In this document: one piece after another, positions 51,111 to 62,782 of the stretch
Numbering within the stretch: the stretch's first letter is position 1
Layout: every line of letters begins with the position of its first letter
Source: an uncultured Chloroflexia bacterium
GTDB taxonomy: Bacteria > Chloroflexota > Anaerolineae > B4-G1 > SLSP01
NCBI GenBank assembly: GCA_963751345.1
Contig: CAVVUS010000030.1
Location: 64,001-128,000 of the forward strand
Direction: 5' to 3'
Length of the DNA stretch: 64,000 nucleotides
Notes under the pieces: generated by a model
What the model saw: only the letters and a program-made list of their open reading frames with translations
Database searches by the model: none
What the model was told of the DNA's origin: nothing
Translations under genes and position numbers: made by a program

Positions 51111-52139
51111 TCAGGCCTCCTCCAGTCGCTTGCCGTACTGCTGAGCGTAATAGGTCTTGTAGAGGTCCCCACTCTTGATAGGACGCCACCACCAGGGGTT
51201 GTCCGCATACCAGCGGGTCGTCCTCTCAATGGACTCCTCGCAGGTGAAGTCATTCGTCCACCCAAGTCCCCGGAGCTTAGAGACGTCGAGCGCGTAACGC
51301 CGATCGTGACCCGGACGGTCTTCCACATACTTGATGAGGCTCTCCGGCTTGCCGAGCGTCGAGAGGACGATCCGGGTCATCTCCAGGTTGGTCATCTCCG
51401 CGCCCGTGCCCACGTTGTAGACCTCGCCTAACTCACCCCTATGGAGCACCAGGTCGATGCCGGAACAGTGGTCAAGCACGTGCTGATAGTCTCGCATCTG
51501 CCTGCCATCGCCGTAGACCGGGAGGGGTTGATCGTCCAGAGCATTGGTGGCGAAGAGAGGTACCACTTTCTCGGGATACTGATAGGGGCCGATATTGTTG
51601 GCGCCCCGCGTGATGGTCACGGGGAGCCCCCAGGACTCACGATAGGCCAGAACCATAAGATCCGCGCCGGCCTTACTGGCTGAGTAGGGGCTGCGGGGCT
51701 CCAGAGGGTCGGTTTCGCACGAACGCCCATCCAGGACCTGCCCATAGACCTCATCAGTGCTGATCTGATGATAGCGCTCGATGCCAAACTTGCGGGCGGC
51801 CTCCAGCAACACATACGTACCGTACACGTCGGTCTGTATGAAGGAACCCGGTTCCATCAGCGAGCGGTCGACGTGTGTTTCGGCTGCGAAATTGACGATG
51901 GTGTCGATCTCCTGAGCCTGAACCGTCTGCTCCACCGCCTGGACGTCACAGATATCCCCCTTGACGAAGGTGTAGCGGTCGGCGAAGTTCTCGGCCACGT
52001 CTTGCAGATTCTCCAGGCGCCCGGCATACGTGAGTTTGTCATAGACCACCATATGGTAGTCAGGGTGAGTCTCAAGCATGTAGCGGGCGAAGTTTGAGCC
52101 GATGAACCCTGCTCCACCCGTCACCATGAGTCGACGCAT
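51111..52139 (-). CDS. rfbB: dTDP-glucose 4,6-dehydratase
   Basis: VTGGAGFIGSNF, DKLTYAG, AAETHVDRS, STDEVYG, YSASK, DRPGHDRRY. Confidence 0.95.
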   Translation of the reverse strand: MRRLMVTGGAGFIGSNFARYMLETHPDYHMVVYDKLTYAGRLENLQDVAENFADRYTFVKGDICDVQAVEQTVQAQEIDTIVNFAAETHVDRSLMEPGSFIQTDVYGTYVLLEAARKFGIERYHQISTDEVYGQVLDGRSCETDPLEPRSPYSASKAGADLMVLAYRESWGLPVTITRGANNIGPYQYPEKVVPLFATNALDDQPLPVYGDGRQMRDYQHVLDHCSGIDLVLHRGELGEVYNVGTGAEMTNLEMTRIVLSTLGKPESLIKYVEDRPGHDRRYALDVSKLRGLGWTNDFTCEESIERTTRWYADNPWWWRPIKSGDLYKTYYAQQYGKRLEEA

Positions 52140-52265
52140 AGATTGGCCTCCTCAATCTGAACTACAGCAAGGTCGCGCGTAGATGCTCAGCGCGCCGACC
52201 GCATTCTATCATAAAGAGGAGTGCGTGTCATTCCAGATCATAGTGTTGTCGAAGGGCGTCCGGCG

Positions 52266-52293
52266 TTGACTAAGACACCTTGTTAGGTAGAAT
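52266..52293 (+). promoter_or_regulatory. sigma70 promoter of the XPB operon
   Basis: TTGACT-16 bp-TAGAAT; the ATG follows 9 nt later. Confidence 0.6.
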
Positions 52294-52302
52294 GTATAGG
52301 TT

Positions 52303-54051
52303 ATGAATTACAGGATTGATGCCCCGCTGATTGTCCAGGGGGACAGAACCGTCCTCCTGGAAGTCAATAGCCCGGACTACGAAGCCGCTCGCGATCACTT
52401 GGCAAGATTCGCTGAACTGGAGAAGAGTCCGGAGTACATCCATACCTATCGCATCTCCTCCCTCTCCCTTTGGAACGCTGCAGCGGCGGGCTTCGATGCG
52501 GACGAGATCATCGAAGGGCTGCAGCACTTCGCCAAGTATCCGCTGCCTGACAACGTCGTCTTTGAGATACGCGACGCCATCGAACGTTACGGCAGGGTCC
52601 GCCTGACTCGCGATCCCTACGACCCCGAACGGCTGCGGCTGATGTCCGACGAGCCACTGCTGCTCATCGAGCTGGAACGCAATCGCTATCTCAAGCCCTA
52701 CGTGCTGGAGCGACTCGGGCCGCACACCCTTCAGGTCCCCTCCTCGCGACGCGGGCATGTGAAGCAAGCGCTGGTCAAGGCAGGCTATCCGGCCGAGGAC
52801 CTGGTCGGCTACATGATAGGCGCCGCACTTCCCCTGCAACTGCGCGAGGTGATGGTCGAGGGAGCGCCGTTCGTGGTCCGTGACTACCAGCGCGACGCGG
52901 CGGAGATCTTCTGGGCCAACGGCTCCGATGCGGGCGGCGCCGGGGTGATCGTGCTGCCTTGCGGCGCCGGCAAGACGATCGTGGGGATGGCTGCGATGGC
53001 GCAGATCCAGATGAACACATTGATCCTGACCCCAAGTACGGTCGCTGCGCGTCAGTGGCGAGAGGAGCTACTCGACAAGACGACGCTCTCCGAGGAGATG
53101 ATCGGTGAGTATACCGGGCAGCGCAAGCAGATCCGCCCGGTTACGGTGACGACGTACCAGATTCTCACCCACCGGAAGCGCGGGACCAAGGACAACGATC
53201 ACCTTCCCCTGTCTGAGCAGTACCCGCATTTCGCGCTCTTTAGCGAGGGCAATTGGGGACTGATCATCTACGACGAGGTACATCTGCTACCGGCCCCGGT
53301 CTTCCGCATCACGGCAGAGCTCCAGGCTCGCCGCCGGCTGGGTCTGACAGCGACCTTGGTCCGCGAGGACCAACGAGAAGAGGATGTCTTTTCACTGATC
53401 GGGCCGAAAAAGTACGACGTCCCCTGGCACGATCTGGAGCGCCAGGGATGGATCGCGCCGGCCATCTGCTACGAGATACGCGTCCCGATGCCGGAAGTCG
53501 AGCGGATGGAGTACATCATGGCCGAGACGCGCCAGAAGTACCGCGTCGCCGCCGACAACTCCGTCAAACTGGACATGCTTGACCGCCTCTTGACCTATCA
53601 CGCGGGCGACCGCATTCTCATCATCGGCATGTATCTCGACCAGCTGGAGCAGATCGCCCAGCACTACGGCTACCCGATCATCACGGGCAAGACCAAGGTC
53701 GCCGAGCGAGAGGAGCTCTACGAGAAATTCCGCACTGGGGAGATCACGACGCTCGTCGTCTCCAAAGTCGCCAACTTCTCCATTGACCTCCCGGATGCAA
53801 ACGTGGCCATCCAGATCTCGGGCACCTTCGGATCGCGGCAGGAGGAGGCACAGCGCCTCGGTCGGATCTTGCGGCCCAAGTCGGATGGCAGTCAGGCCTA
53901 CTTTTACAGCATCGTGACAAAAGAGACCGTCGACCAGGACTACAGCGCAAATCGTCAACGCTTCCTGACAGAACAGGGCTACCGCTATCTGATCCTCTAC
54001 GGTGAGGAGATTCCCGGGGCGCTGGCCCATACCCAGACGAGACATGGTTAA
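52303..54051 (+). CDS. XPB/Ssl2/Rad25-family DNA helicase
   Basis: PLIVQGDRTVLLE, FAELEKSPEYIHTY, LPCGAGKT, DEVH, LGLTAT, RED motif, QEEAQRLGRILR. Confidence 0.93.
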   Translation: MNYRIDAPLIVQGDRTVLLEVNSPDYEAARDHLARFAELEKSPEYIHTYRISSLSLWNAAAAGFDADEIIEGLQHFAKYPLPDNVVFEIRDAIERYGRVRLTRDPYDPERLRLMSDEPLLLIELERNRYLKPYVLERLGPHTLQVPSSRRGHVKQALVKAGYPAEDLVGYMIGAALPLQLREVMVEGAPFVVRDYQRDAAEIFWANGSDAGGAGVIVLPCGAGKTIVGMAAMAQIQMNTLILTPSTVAARQWREELLDKTTLSEEMIGEYTGQRKQIRPVTVTTYQILTHRKRGTKDNDHLPLSEQYPHFALFSEGNWGLIIYDEVHLLPAPVFRITAELQARRRLGLTATLVREDQREEDVFSLIGPKKYDVPWHDLERQGWIAPAICYEIRVPMPEVERMEYIMAETRQKYRVAADNSVKLDMLDRLLTYHAGDRILIIGMYLDQLEQIAQHYGYPIITGKTKVAEREELYEKFRTGEITTLVVSKVANFSIDLPDANVAIQISGTFGSRQEEAQRLGRILRPKSDGSQAYFYSIVTKETVDQDYSANRQRFLTEQGYRYLILYGEEIPGALAHTQTRHG

Positions 54052-55978
54052 GGCCCCACACTCTCTGAAACCCCAGCTTGGCTACAAGCGGATCAGTCCA
54101 CTGCCCCCAGAGGAGGTCCAGGACCAGGCCTTCTGGCAGTCGGATCCGGAGGACCCGGTCGAGACAATTGTCGATGAGATTGTCAGGGCAGAGTGGCGAG
54201 TGAACCATCTCCGCGAGGAAATTGAGACGCTCGGCCTAGAGCCCAAGGGCCGTACACGTCACAACCTGGCACAACAGATGGCCAAGCGCTTCCTGGACCC
54301 GACCCGGCTGGTCAAGGCCATCCAGCAGCTCTCTGACGAGGAGTTCCGTTACTACGTCACCTTGCAGCTTCAAGCTAACCTCGCCAGCTACTATACCAAC
54401 CCACAGGGGCAGAAGCTGTGGCAGGGGTTCTCGACATCCTGGTCCACGATGTCCGCGCGAATTACAAAACTCGGTCTTGCCCTCACCATGGAGGATGGAC
54501 AGCTCTTCCTACCGAGGGCTTCCCGCCGGTGGCTCACGACACTTCAGCTTCCGTTTCCGGCGACGGCGCCGCCAACATCGTCTGCGCAGCCTGCAGACCC
54601 CCGGGAAATCCTGATGCAGATCCAGCAGTTGCTCAACCTGCTCCAGGTTGAGCGGTTCAAGCTCAGAGATCATCTCGTGTGGGAAGCACCCGACTACCCC
54701 TATGCAGAGCCGGTCGTCTGTTGGCCCTTGATGCCGGAAGATGCACAGAAGCTCAAAGCTAACGTTAACATAGAGACAATCATTGGATTGTACCCGCCTG
54801 AACCCTCTCTGGACGGCGCCTCGCTCAAACGATGGGCCGAAGTGCTCAGCGTGACGGAAGATCGGGCGGAGTTCCTGTACCACATTCTGGTGGTGGCAGG
54901 GCTCATCCTGCGGGGCAGTCCCCTCACCGTGGACCCTGACCGCGTCCGTGATTGGATGGCACTCACGCCGAGCCGGCAACTGGGCGTCCTGTTTCATTCG
55001 TATCTCTATATCACGCCATGGGCCGTGTGGTGGCCCCTCTGGCGCGAGGGTAGCGTACGGGTGTCCCGAGCCTATCATGGATATTGGGGCCTGGTGTCGA
55101 TCGACCAGGCCGTGTTCCAAAGCGCGAATCACCTTCGATGGACATTGATCGAGCTGCTCTCCTTCCTGCCGGAGGGCACCTGGCTGGCGACCGAGGACGT
55201 CACACGGTGGATTGTTGACCTCTTTCCTACCTCCGACAGCCACAACTATCTGATGGGTCTGAATCTTGAGGATACGCAGGGTGGGTGGCCGAAGTTTCTC
55301 GAGGAGGCTCTGCTGTTGACCATTGCCGGGCCCCTCCAGACCCTGGGGCTGGCGGACGTCGGACCGTCGCCAGAGATCCCGACACCCCTGCAGAGTGGTC
55401 AGGCCTTCCGCCTGCATGGCTTGAGGGACCTGCATTGGGGGCGTGTCGAGGAAGTATCCCTGGAGGCCCCAACCCCTTTGAATGCCGCGGGGCGACTGAG
55501 TCGCCAGGTCCTACGATTCATACCGTCGGAGTCGGTGCTTGAGGTCGAATCGCCTGTGCCGCCGGCTTTCCTGACCTTTCTGCTCAAGTGGTCGCGGCCG
55601 GTGGGATTCTCCCGGAACTTGGTGCGTTACCAATTGGACGTGCCGCAGCTACACCAGGCTTTCGAAGAGGGAGAGGATCCGGCATCTCTGGGGAACACGT
55701 GGAAGTCGAGTATCGAGGTTGAGCCTCTCCCGGAGATCACGGGATGGTGGGCCTACTGGTGGGAGCGCTATGGGCACGTCAGGCTCTATCCCGCTCAAGC
55801 GATGCTCCAGACCCGCGATGCTTTGACGATGCACGAATTACAGGTAGCTCTGCCGGTCCTGGAGACTGCGTTCCAGGGAATGCTCACGCCCAACGCAGCT
55901 CTGCTGCGAGACGAGGACGTCGACCGGGTCCTCGACGATCTGATGCGGCAGGGCTATATGCCGAAGGAGACCTCATAG
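54044..55978 (+). CDS. Putative XPB partner 1 (helicase-associated domain protein)
   Basis: Overlaps the XPB stop codon. C-terminal RYQLDVPQLHQAFEEGEDP...WWERYGHVRL resembles the XPB N-terminal/Helicase_C_3 domain. Confidence 0.65.
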   Translation: MVKAPHSLKPQLGYKRISPLPPEEVQDQAFWQSDPEDPVETIVDEIVRAEWRVNHLREEIETLGLEPKGRTRHNLAQQMAKRFLDPTRLVKAIQQLSDEEFRYYVTLQLQANLASYYTNPQGQKLWQGFSTSWSTMSARITKLGLALTMEDGQLFLPRASRRWLTTLQLPFPATAPPTSSAQPADPREILMQIQQLLNLLQVERFKLRDHLVWEAPDYPYAEPVVCWPLMPEDAQKLKANVNIETIIGLYPPEPSLDGASLKRWAEVLSVTEDRAEFLYHILVVAGLILRGSPLTVDPDRVRDWMALTPSRQLGVLFHSYLYITPWAVWWPLWREGSVRVSRAYHGYWGLVSIDQAVFQSANHLRWTLIELLSFLPEGTWLATEDVTRWIVDLFPTSDSHNYLMGLNLEDTQGGWPKFLEEALLLTIAGPLQTLGLADVGPSPEIPTPLQSGQAFRLHGLRDLHWGRVEEVSLEAPTPLNAAGRLSRQVLRFIPSESVLEVESPVPPAFLTFLLKWSRPVGFSRNLVRYQLDVPQLHQAFEEGEDPASLGNTWKSSIEVEPLPEITGWWAYWWERYGHVRLYPAQAMLQTRDALTMHELQVALPVLETAFQGMLTPNAALLRDEDVDRVLDDLMRQGYMPKETS

Positions 55979-55979
55979 C

Positions 55980-58299
55980 GTGGAGCGTCTTTCGACAGCC
56001 TTACAAGCCTATCACATTAACGCGCTCCAACAGATCGCGGACCAACTGGCGCTCACCCCGGACCGAACGCCGGTGCGCAAGGAGTGGCTGGTTAAAGAAC
56101 TCAGCCGACTGATTCCCAAGATGGCGCGGTCCAAGGAGTATATCGGCTCACTCTCAGAGGCCGAGCGGGCCACCCTCGCGATCGTGCAGCACCAGGAAGG
56201 CACCGCCTTGCTCAGAGATGTCGCCGTTCCGCTCGTGTTGGCAGGTCTGGTCCGCGTCGATGAGTACCCGGAGACTGCCGGTCGACCGAAGGTCGATGAC
56301 GTGCTCGCGGCGCTGATGAGCAAGGGACTGCTGGTCAACCTATCCGCTCCTCGCAGCTCGTCAACCTTGCGCACATTTGCGGCGCCCTACCGTTTCGGCA
56401 TTCCGGCTGAGGTGCAGAATGCGCTGCCCTCGGCTATGTTCTCATTTCCGACGCCTCAACCGCAGGTCTCCACCACCTCAGATAGCTCGATCCCTGTGGG
56501 CATAGGACGTATGGTTCCCCCGGCTGCATCACAAGTAGCCTCACGTGACGTGCAGCAGTTTCTGCGCGAGCTGCTCTTTGCGTGGACGGAGCTCCGACGA
56601 CAGCCGGCACGACAGCTCAAAGCCGGCGGTATGGGCAAACGGGATAGCCGGAGGTTGGCTGAAGCGCTTGGATTTGAGGGTGAGCCAGGGCTGGAGCGGG
56701 TTGCACGGCTCTACGATATGTTGGTGGCCCTAAACTTGGTCGACCAAGATGGAGAGAGTATCACGGCAGTCGAGGGCAACGCCGTTACCCTCTTCTGGGG
56801 CGCCAAACCCGTTCAGCACTGGCGCCAGCTTATTCGGGCCTACACTCGCCTTTCGACACCGTTGGTCCAAGGATCGGCTTCCAGCTACCTGCCCGGATAC
56901 TATCAAGGGGCGACGCAACGCCCGTCGACCGAGATGCGACAGTACGTCCTCGACACACTTGAGCGGATCGCAGACCTGGGCTGGCTATCCTTCCCGTTCT
57001 TTGTGAGACTTCTCACGGGGGGGCAGTCGGGCACCCTGTTGTTCGACGAAGAGATCCTGGAAATCCTCTCCGAGCACATGCGGTGGTATGGTGGCGCCTA
57101 CAGGGGTGAGATGGAAACCGCCATCCAGGGCGTTGAGTACCAGATCGCACGGACGGCCATCGAGGAACTGCGATGGATGGGCATCGTCGACGTGAGCTAT
57201 CAGACGTCAGATGGATGCCGAAATCGCAGCCATCCGTGCCACTCCCGTGATTCGTGCCCCTTCCGATTCTCCCTCCCCCTCCAAGGGAGCAAAGTCCTCG
57301 GTTCAGGGGAGGTCGGGGAGGAGGACACCCGCGGCAATGAGCGAAGAACCGCCCTGGCAGGTGATTCTCCAGCCCGACTTCCAACTGCTTGCGCTGGGTC
57401 CGGTACCGCTCCGAGTGCTGGCCAACCTCGAGCAATTCACCGAGCGGGAGAAGATCGATGAGAGCGTGATCACGTATCGTCTCACACGTGACGTCGCATA
57501 CCAAGCTCTCCAGCGCGGGGAGACGGCGGAATCCATCCTTGTCTATCTGCAGGAGGCCACGGAGCAACCCGTCCCTCAAAACATACAGCGCTCTCTGGAG
57601 GACTGGAGCCGCCTTTACGAACGCATTATTGTCAGGCGCCAGGCCAGGATTCTCCAGGTCGACAACGCCGAGCTCCTCGATCAATTGACATCCGATCCTG
57701 AGCTGTCACAGTGCCTCCACCCGCTCAATGACCGCACAGCCTGGTTCCGACCCGAGGACACCCAACAGATCGAGAAGCGGCTCTTCGACCACGAGATCCT
57801 GGTAGCCCAATCGCGTGGGGCCCAGGCGGATCTGCCCAACAGCCTGAGGTGGCAGGACAACGAGCTGATGCCACGTGCCGCATTGCCGAGCCTTTATGTG
57901 ACGGGGCAGTTGCGCCGCATCGCCGAAGCTCGCGACGGGCGGTGGGCGCTGACCCCGGAAAGCATACAGGCAGCCATCGTTACGGGCTCAGATTCGCTAA
58001 AGATCATCGCAGAGCTCGAGGAAATGACCGGTTCTGACCTGTCGGATGACTGGAAAAAGCGGTTGAAGTCCTGGGGTGGCTACTTTGGCAATGGGGAGAC
58101 GGCGGAGGTCAGGCTACTGCACCTCAAGCGTAAGGACGCCCTTGATGAACTCCGCAATGCCGATGCCGATCTACATCGTTGGCTGCGCCCGCTGGCCGGT
58201 GACGGCAATCTCGCGGTGGTGAACCAGGCGCACTGGCAAGAAGTCCTCGAACTACTGGCTACCTGGGGTGTGGAGATAGAGCCGGACCACTGGTGGTAA
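55980..58299 (+). CDS. Putative XPB partner 2 (helicase-associated domain protein; frameshift near 57210)
   Basis: LKAGGMGKRDSRRL; ILQPDFQLL...YRLTRDVAYQALQRG...VPQNIQRSLEDW, and a second copy WALTPESIQAAI. Confidence 0.7.
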
Positions 58300-58420
58300 C
58301 CTCGAGCGTCTCTGGTAGCCTCCTACGTCGATGATATAATGGCCACTGTAGAGGTCGTCAGCTACTCCAGGGGATGTCCTGAGCATATCCCCACTGCATG
58401 GCGGCAGCGAAGGAGTCGTG

Positions 58421-59091
58421 ATGAGTCCTGAACAATCAGCGGCGGTAAAGCGACGTAAAGCGCAGGGGCTGTACGACAGGCCATCGCGTCATATGAGCAC
58501 TGGGATGTCGAAGACGCGATCAAGGGCTTGGAGGAGGTCATTGCCCTCCATCCTGATAACGCGACTTACCAGATGAGTTTGGCCCAGGTGCTCTCCCGTT
58601 CCGGGGACTTCGACCGCGCGCTTCACGCGCTGGCGAACTATCTGAGGCTGGAGCCGGATTCAAAGGTCGCCGATCGCATCGAGCAGCTATTTGGCAGCGG
58701 CATGGACCCGGTTGAGGGCCACCTCACCGACGGGATGACGACTGCCCATCTGCCCATCGACTTGATCGGCGCGGCCATCCAGATGTGGCTTGAATTCCGG
58801 ATCGCCCTGGGTGAAGAGCCCCTCAATATCCCAAAACCTGAAGCCTGGGCAGCCGCCTTGGACTACACGGTCTGCAAAGTCAACCTCCGCGATGTGCCGA
58901 TGGAGGAGTTGGCCTCGCACTACGGTGTCTCGCCTGATACGCTGCGCAAGCACCACAACACGCTGGTAGAGCGGTTGGACGTCATGCCCTGCGACTACCG
59001 GTATTTCACGGGCAAGCAGAATCCCCTCGATAAGCTGATTGAGGCCGCCGAACTTCTGGAGGAACTGGAAGCTCGCTTTAGCCAGGAATAG
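58421..59091 (+). CDS. TPR protein with C-terminal TFIIB/cyclin-like HTH region (frameshift near 58480)
   Basis: TPR YQMSLAQVLSRSGDFDRA...LRLEP; C-terminal PEAWAAALDY...EELASHYGVSPDTLRK. AAGGAG RBS before ATG 58421. Confidence 0.7.
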
Positions 59092-59096
59092 GCCCC

Positions 59097-60016
59097 TTGG
59101 AATTGCCGGACCCGGTCACCATCGGCCAAGCTCTGCGTTGGGCCGCGGGGCAACTGGCAAGCGCAACAGATCGTCCCCACACTGAGGCCGAACGCCTCCT
59201 TGCGCACGTGCTGCAGATCGAACGGACCACGCTCCTGGCTCATCCCGAATGGGCCTTGAAGCAAGCTGAGAGGCACACGCTACGTCAACATCGTTGATCA
59301 GCGGGCGACAGGGGTGCCGCTACCCTATCTCCTGGAGGAAGTCGGAGTTCTACGGCCTCACCTTCTCAGTTACCCCGGACGTTCTCATTCCCAGACCGGA
59401 GACCGAGCGTCTGGTCGACCTCGCTCTGGCGTGGATTCAGGGGCACCGGCAGCCTCGCGTGATCGATGTCGGCACCGGCTCCGGATGCATCGCGGTGACC
59501 TTGGCGGTGATGGCACCGGGACTAAGGGTCTATGCCACAGACATTTCGGCGGAAGCATTGCACGTTGCCCGGGCAAACGGTCGGCGCAACAGCGTGGATG
59601 CCCGCGTGACGTGGCTCCAGGCCGACCTTTTGACGCCCCTCGCATTCCCTCTCGACCTGATCGTGAGCAACCCACCCTACGTTGCCGATGGGGAGTGGGA
59701 GCACCTCCCGACATCCGTGCGCAGCGAACCCAGCCTAGCGCTCCTCGCCGGGACCGAGGGGCTTGACGTGATCCGGCGTCTCCTCGTCCAGGCCGCTCGA
59801 CGCCTCTCAGCAACGGGATGTCTCCTCGTTGAGATTGGCGAAGAGCAAGGCCGCGCCGTCTGCTCGCTCGCCCGGGCGGCATTTTCCGGACCGCCCCACC
59901 GCGACGTCGATATCCGTCTGCATCGCGATCTTGCCGGAAAAGATCGTATCCTTGAAGTCTCGATGGCTCCGACTGGCTCGCTATCCGGCCCAGCGAATGA
60001 ACCCACGCTGAAATAG
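59097..60016 (+). CDS. prmC: Release factor glutamine methyltransferase (frameshifts near 59290-59340)
   Basis: EAERLLAHVL, VLIPRPETE, DVGTGSGCIA, NPPY, DLAGKDR. Confidence 0.92.
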
Positions 60017-62555
60017 CGTGACCAGATCCGGATGGTAGGGCAGGACCCGCACCGTAAACCCGTGGAGGCCGCTCATCGTACACGCCGTCCGGGCCTCGTA
60101 GAGATAGCCGTGATCGTCGCGGGTCTCGACGACTGCCATCGGCACCGATCTACCCAGAACGAGTTCTCCGCTCGGATTCACCATACCCACGTATAGCTCC
60201 ACGCGAACGTCCTCGGGCTTGACCTCCCCAAGGAAGACCGTCGCGTGAGCTACGAACGTCTCGCCAACGTGAAGCTCGCCGGACAAATCTGCGTGAACCG
60301 ACTCCACACGAATCTGGGACCAGACACCCGAGAGCCTCGCACGCCACGCCGCGAGGTCCTTGGTCGCCCCGAAGTCGTTCTCGGCCAATCCCTGATAACG
60401 AGCCATCAACGGCACGTAGAAATTGTCAGCATACTCCGCCACCATCCGGTTCGTGTTAAAGTAATGGGAAAGCGAGCCGATGCTGGCCTTCATCTTCTCT
60501 GCCCAACGCCTGGGCACCCGACCCGTACGATCGTAGAACATAGGTACAACGTCGCGCTCTAGCAGATCGTAAAGCGCTTCGGCCTCGACCTTGTCCTGAT
60601 AGGCCGAATCCTCATATACTTCACCCCTACCGATGGCCCATCCCGCTTCAGGCGTGTAGGCCTCCGCCCACCACCCGTCCAGGGTACTGAGATTGAGCAC
60701 CCCATTGGCGGCAGCTTTCATGCCGCTGGTCCCACTGGCCTCCCGCGGACGACGTGGGTTGTTGAGCCATATATCGCAGCCCTGGACCAGATATCGAGCG
60801 GTGATCATGTCATAGTCTTCCAGGAAGACTATCCGGTTGCGAAAGCGATCCTGCCTCGCAAGGCTGGCGATCTCCTGGATCATGGCCTTCCCCGGATTGT
60901 CCAGCGGATGGGCCTTGCCCGAGAAGATGATCTGAACAGGGTGATCGGGATCGTTCAGAATCCGGGCCAGTCGATCGGGATCCCACAGGACTAACGTGGC
61001 ACGTTTGTAGGTAGCAAAACGGCGGGCAAAGCCGATGGTCAAGGCCTCGGGATCGAGAACTTCCTCAGCGGCTTGCACTTCACTCGGAGAGGCGCCTCGC
61101 CCTGCCAACTGCTGGCGAAGTCGCATGCGCGCAAATGACACCAGCCGCTCACGGCGGCGCTCGTGGGTCCGCCATAGCTCATCCGGCGCGATGTCCGCGG
61201 CGAGGTGCCACGCCTCCCGGTCCCCGTGTTCTTCTCGCCACCGCGGCCCGAGATAGCGATCGTACAGCACCTTCATATCCCGCGAAATCCAGGAAAGAAT
61301 GTGCACACCGTTGGTGACGTGTGAGATTGGGATCTCATCTTGGGGCACACCGGGCCACAATCCTTGCCACATCTGACGTGTGACCTCACCGTGCAGTTCG
61401 CTCACGCCGTTGGTACCCGACGAGAGCTGAATCGCCAGGACCGTCATGCAGAAGGATTCGTTATAATCAAATGGATTCTCACGCCCCAGCGCCATGAAAC
61501 CATTCCAGTCCAGCTTCAGGTCGTTAGCGGCATAGTCGCCGAAATAGCGCTGCATCAACTGCGGCGGGAACCGGTCGTGCCCCGCGGGAACCGGCGTATG
61601 CGTCGTGAAGACACAGCCGGCGGATGCTGCCTCCCGCGCTTGCGCGAACGTGAGATCGTGATCAACCATCAACTGCCGAATGTGCTCTAGTGCCAGGAAC
61701 GCCGAGTGTCCTTCGTTCATATGGTAGACGACCGGCGCCAAATGGAGTGCTCGGAGCGCACGATATCCACCGATACCCAGCAGAATCTCCTGGCGAATGC
61801 GGAGGTCCTGATCGCCCCCATAAAGTTGGTCGGTGATGTCCCGGTCCTGGGGCCTGGTGTTTTCGGGGACGTTCGTATCCAGCAGATAGAGTGGAATCCG
61901 CCCCACCTGGATGCGCCAGATCTGGGCCGTGACCTTGCGACCGGATATCTGAACGTCGATCGTCAGCGCCCGACCATCATCTCCCCGCTCGAGGGTGAGT
62001 GGCAGGTTGTCAAAATGATTGTCTTCGTAAGCCTCCTGCTGCCACCCGGCCTGATTCAGGTATTGCCGAAAATACCCCTGTTGGTAAAGCAGACCGATAC
62101 CTACCAGGGGAACACCAAGGTCGCTGGACGACTTCAGGTGGTCGCCTGCAAGCACCCCGAGGCCGCCGGCGAAGATCATCAAGCGACTCCGTCAGGCCGA
62201 ACTCAAGGGAGAAGTACGCGATCAAGGGCTTCTCGGAGTGACCATAGACGCGTGGGAACCAGGTGGCATCGCCTACGGTCATATAGTTGTCAAGGTAACT
62301 CGTAACCCGCTCCAAATGAGCCACGAAACCAGCATCCGTGGCGAGCTTCTCCAGGCGTTCCTGCTCGATCATACCCAGCATCCGGACAGGATTGTGATTG
62401 GTCTCTTCCCATAGGTCGCTGTCGAGACGCTGGAAAAGCTCGATGATGTCGTGCTTCCAGGACCAAAGCAAGTTGTAGGCCAGCTTCCACAGGGGTTGAA
62501 GAGGCTCAGGCAAGAGCGGAATAACCGAAACCGTTCGGATAGGCTTAGGCTTCAT
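59981..62555 (-). CDS. glgP: Alpha-glucan (glycogen) phosphorylase (frameshift near 62180)
   Basis: LAYNLLWSW, AYFSLEFG, GGLGVLAGD, NEGH, FARRFATYKR, EASGTSGMK. Confidence 0.95.
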
Positions 62556-62782
62556 ATCCAGGTACCCTCCTTGGTGACCACGTGACGCAAACCCGCCTGT
62601 CGACGTCCGCAGTAGTAGCAGGACCTACCTTACCACGCTTTGCGACCAGAGCAAAAAGGGAACCGCAGAGAGGGCTGGCGCATTTTGGAGGCGATATCGC
62701 TGTCACGGGTGCCGGGCGCAAGCCTTCCGAGGCACTTCGCCACGGCATCCAACGTCTGAAGCCCGCAGCTTGGGTCGTGCCC

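Noticed and set aside
1678-62555. Frameshifted genes as true pseudogenes or programmed frameshifts
   Set aside because: Shifts also hit pyk, prmC and glgP, and at least one lies in a homopolymer (18247-18250). Uncorrected sequencing indels are more likely; reads are needed to confirm.
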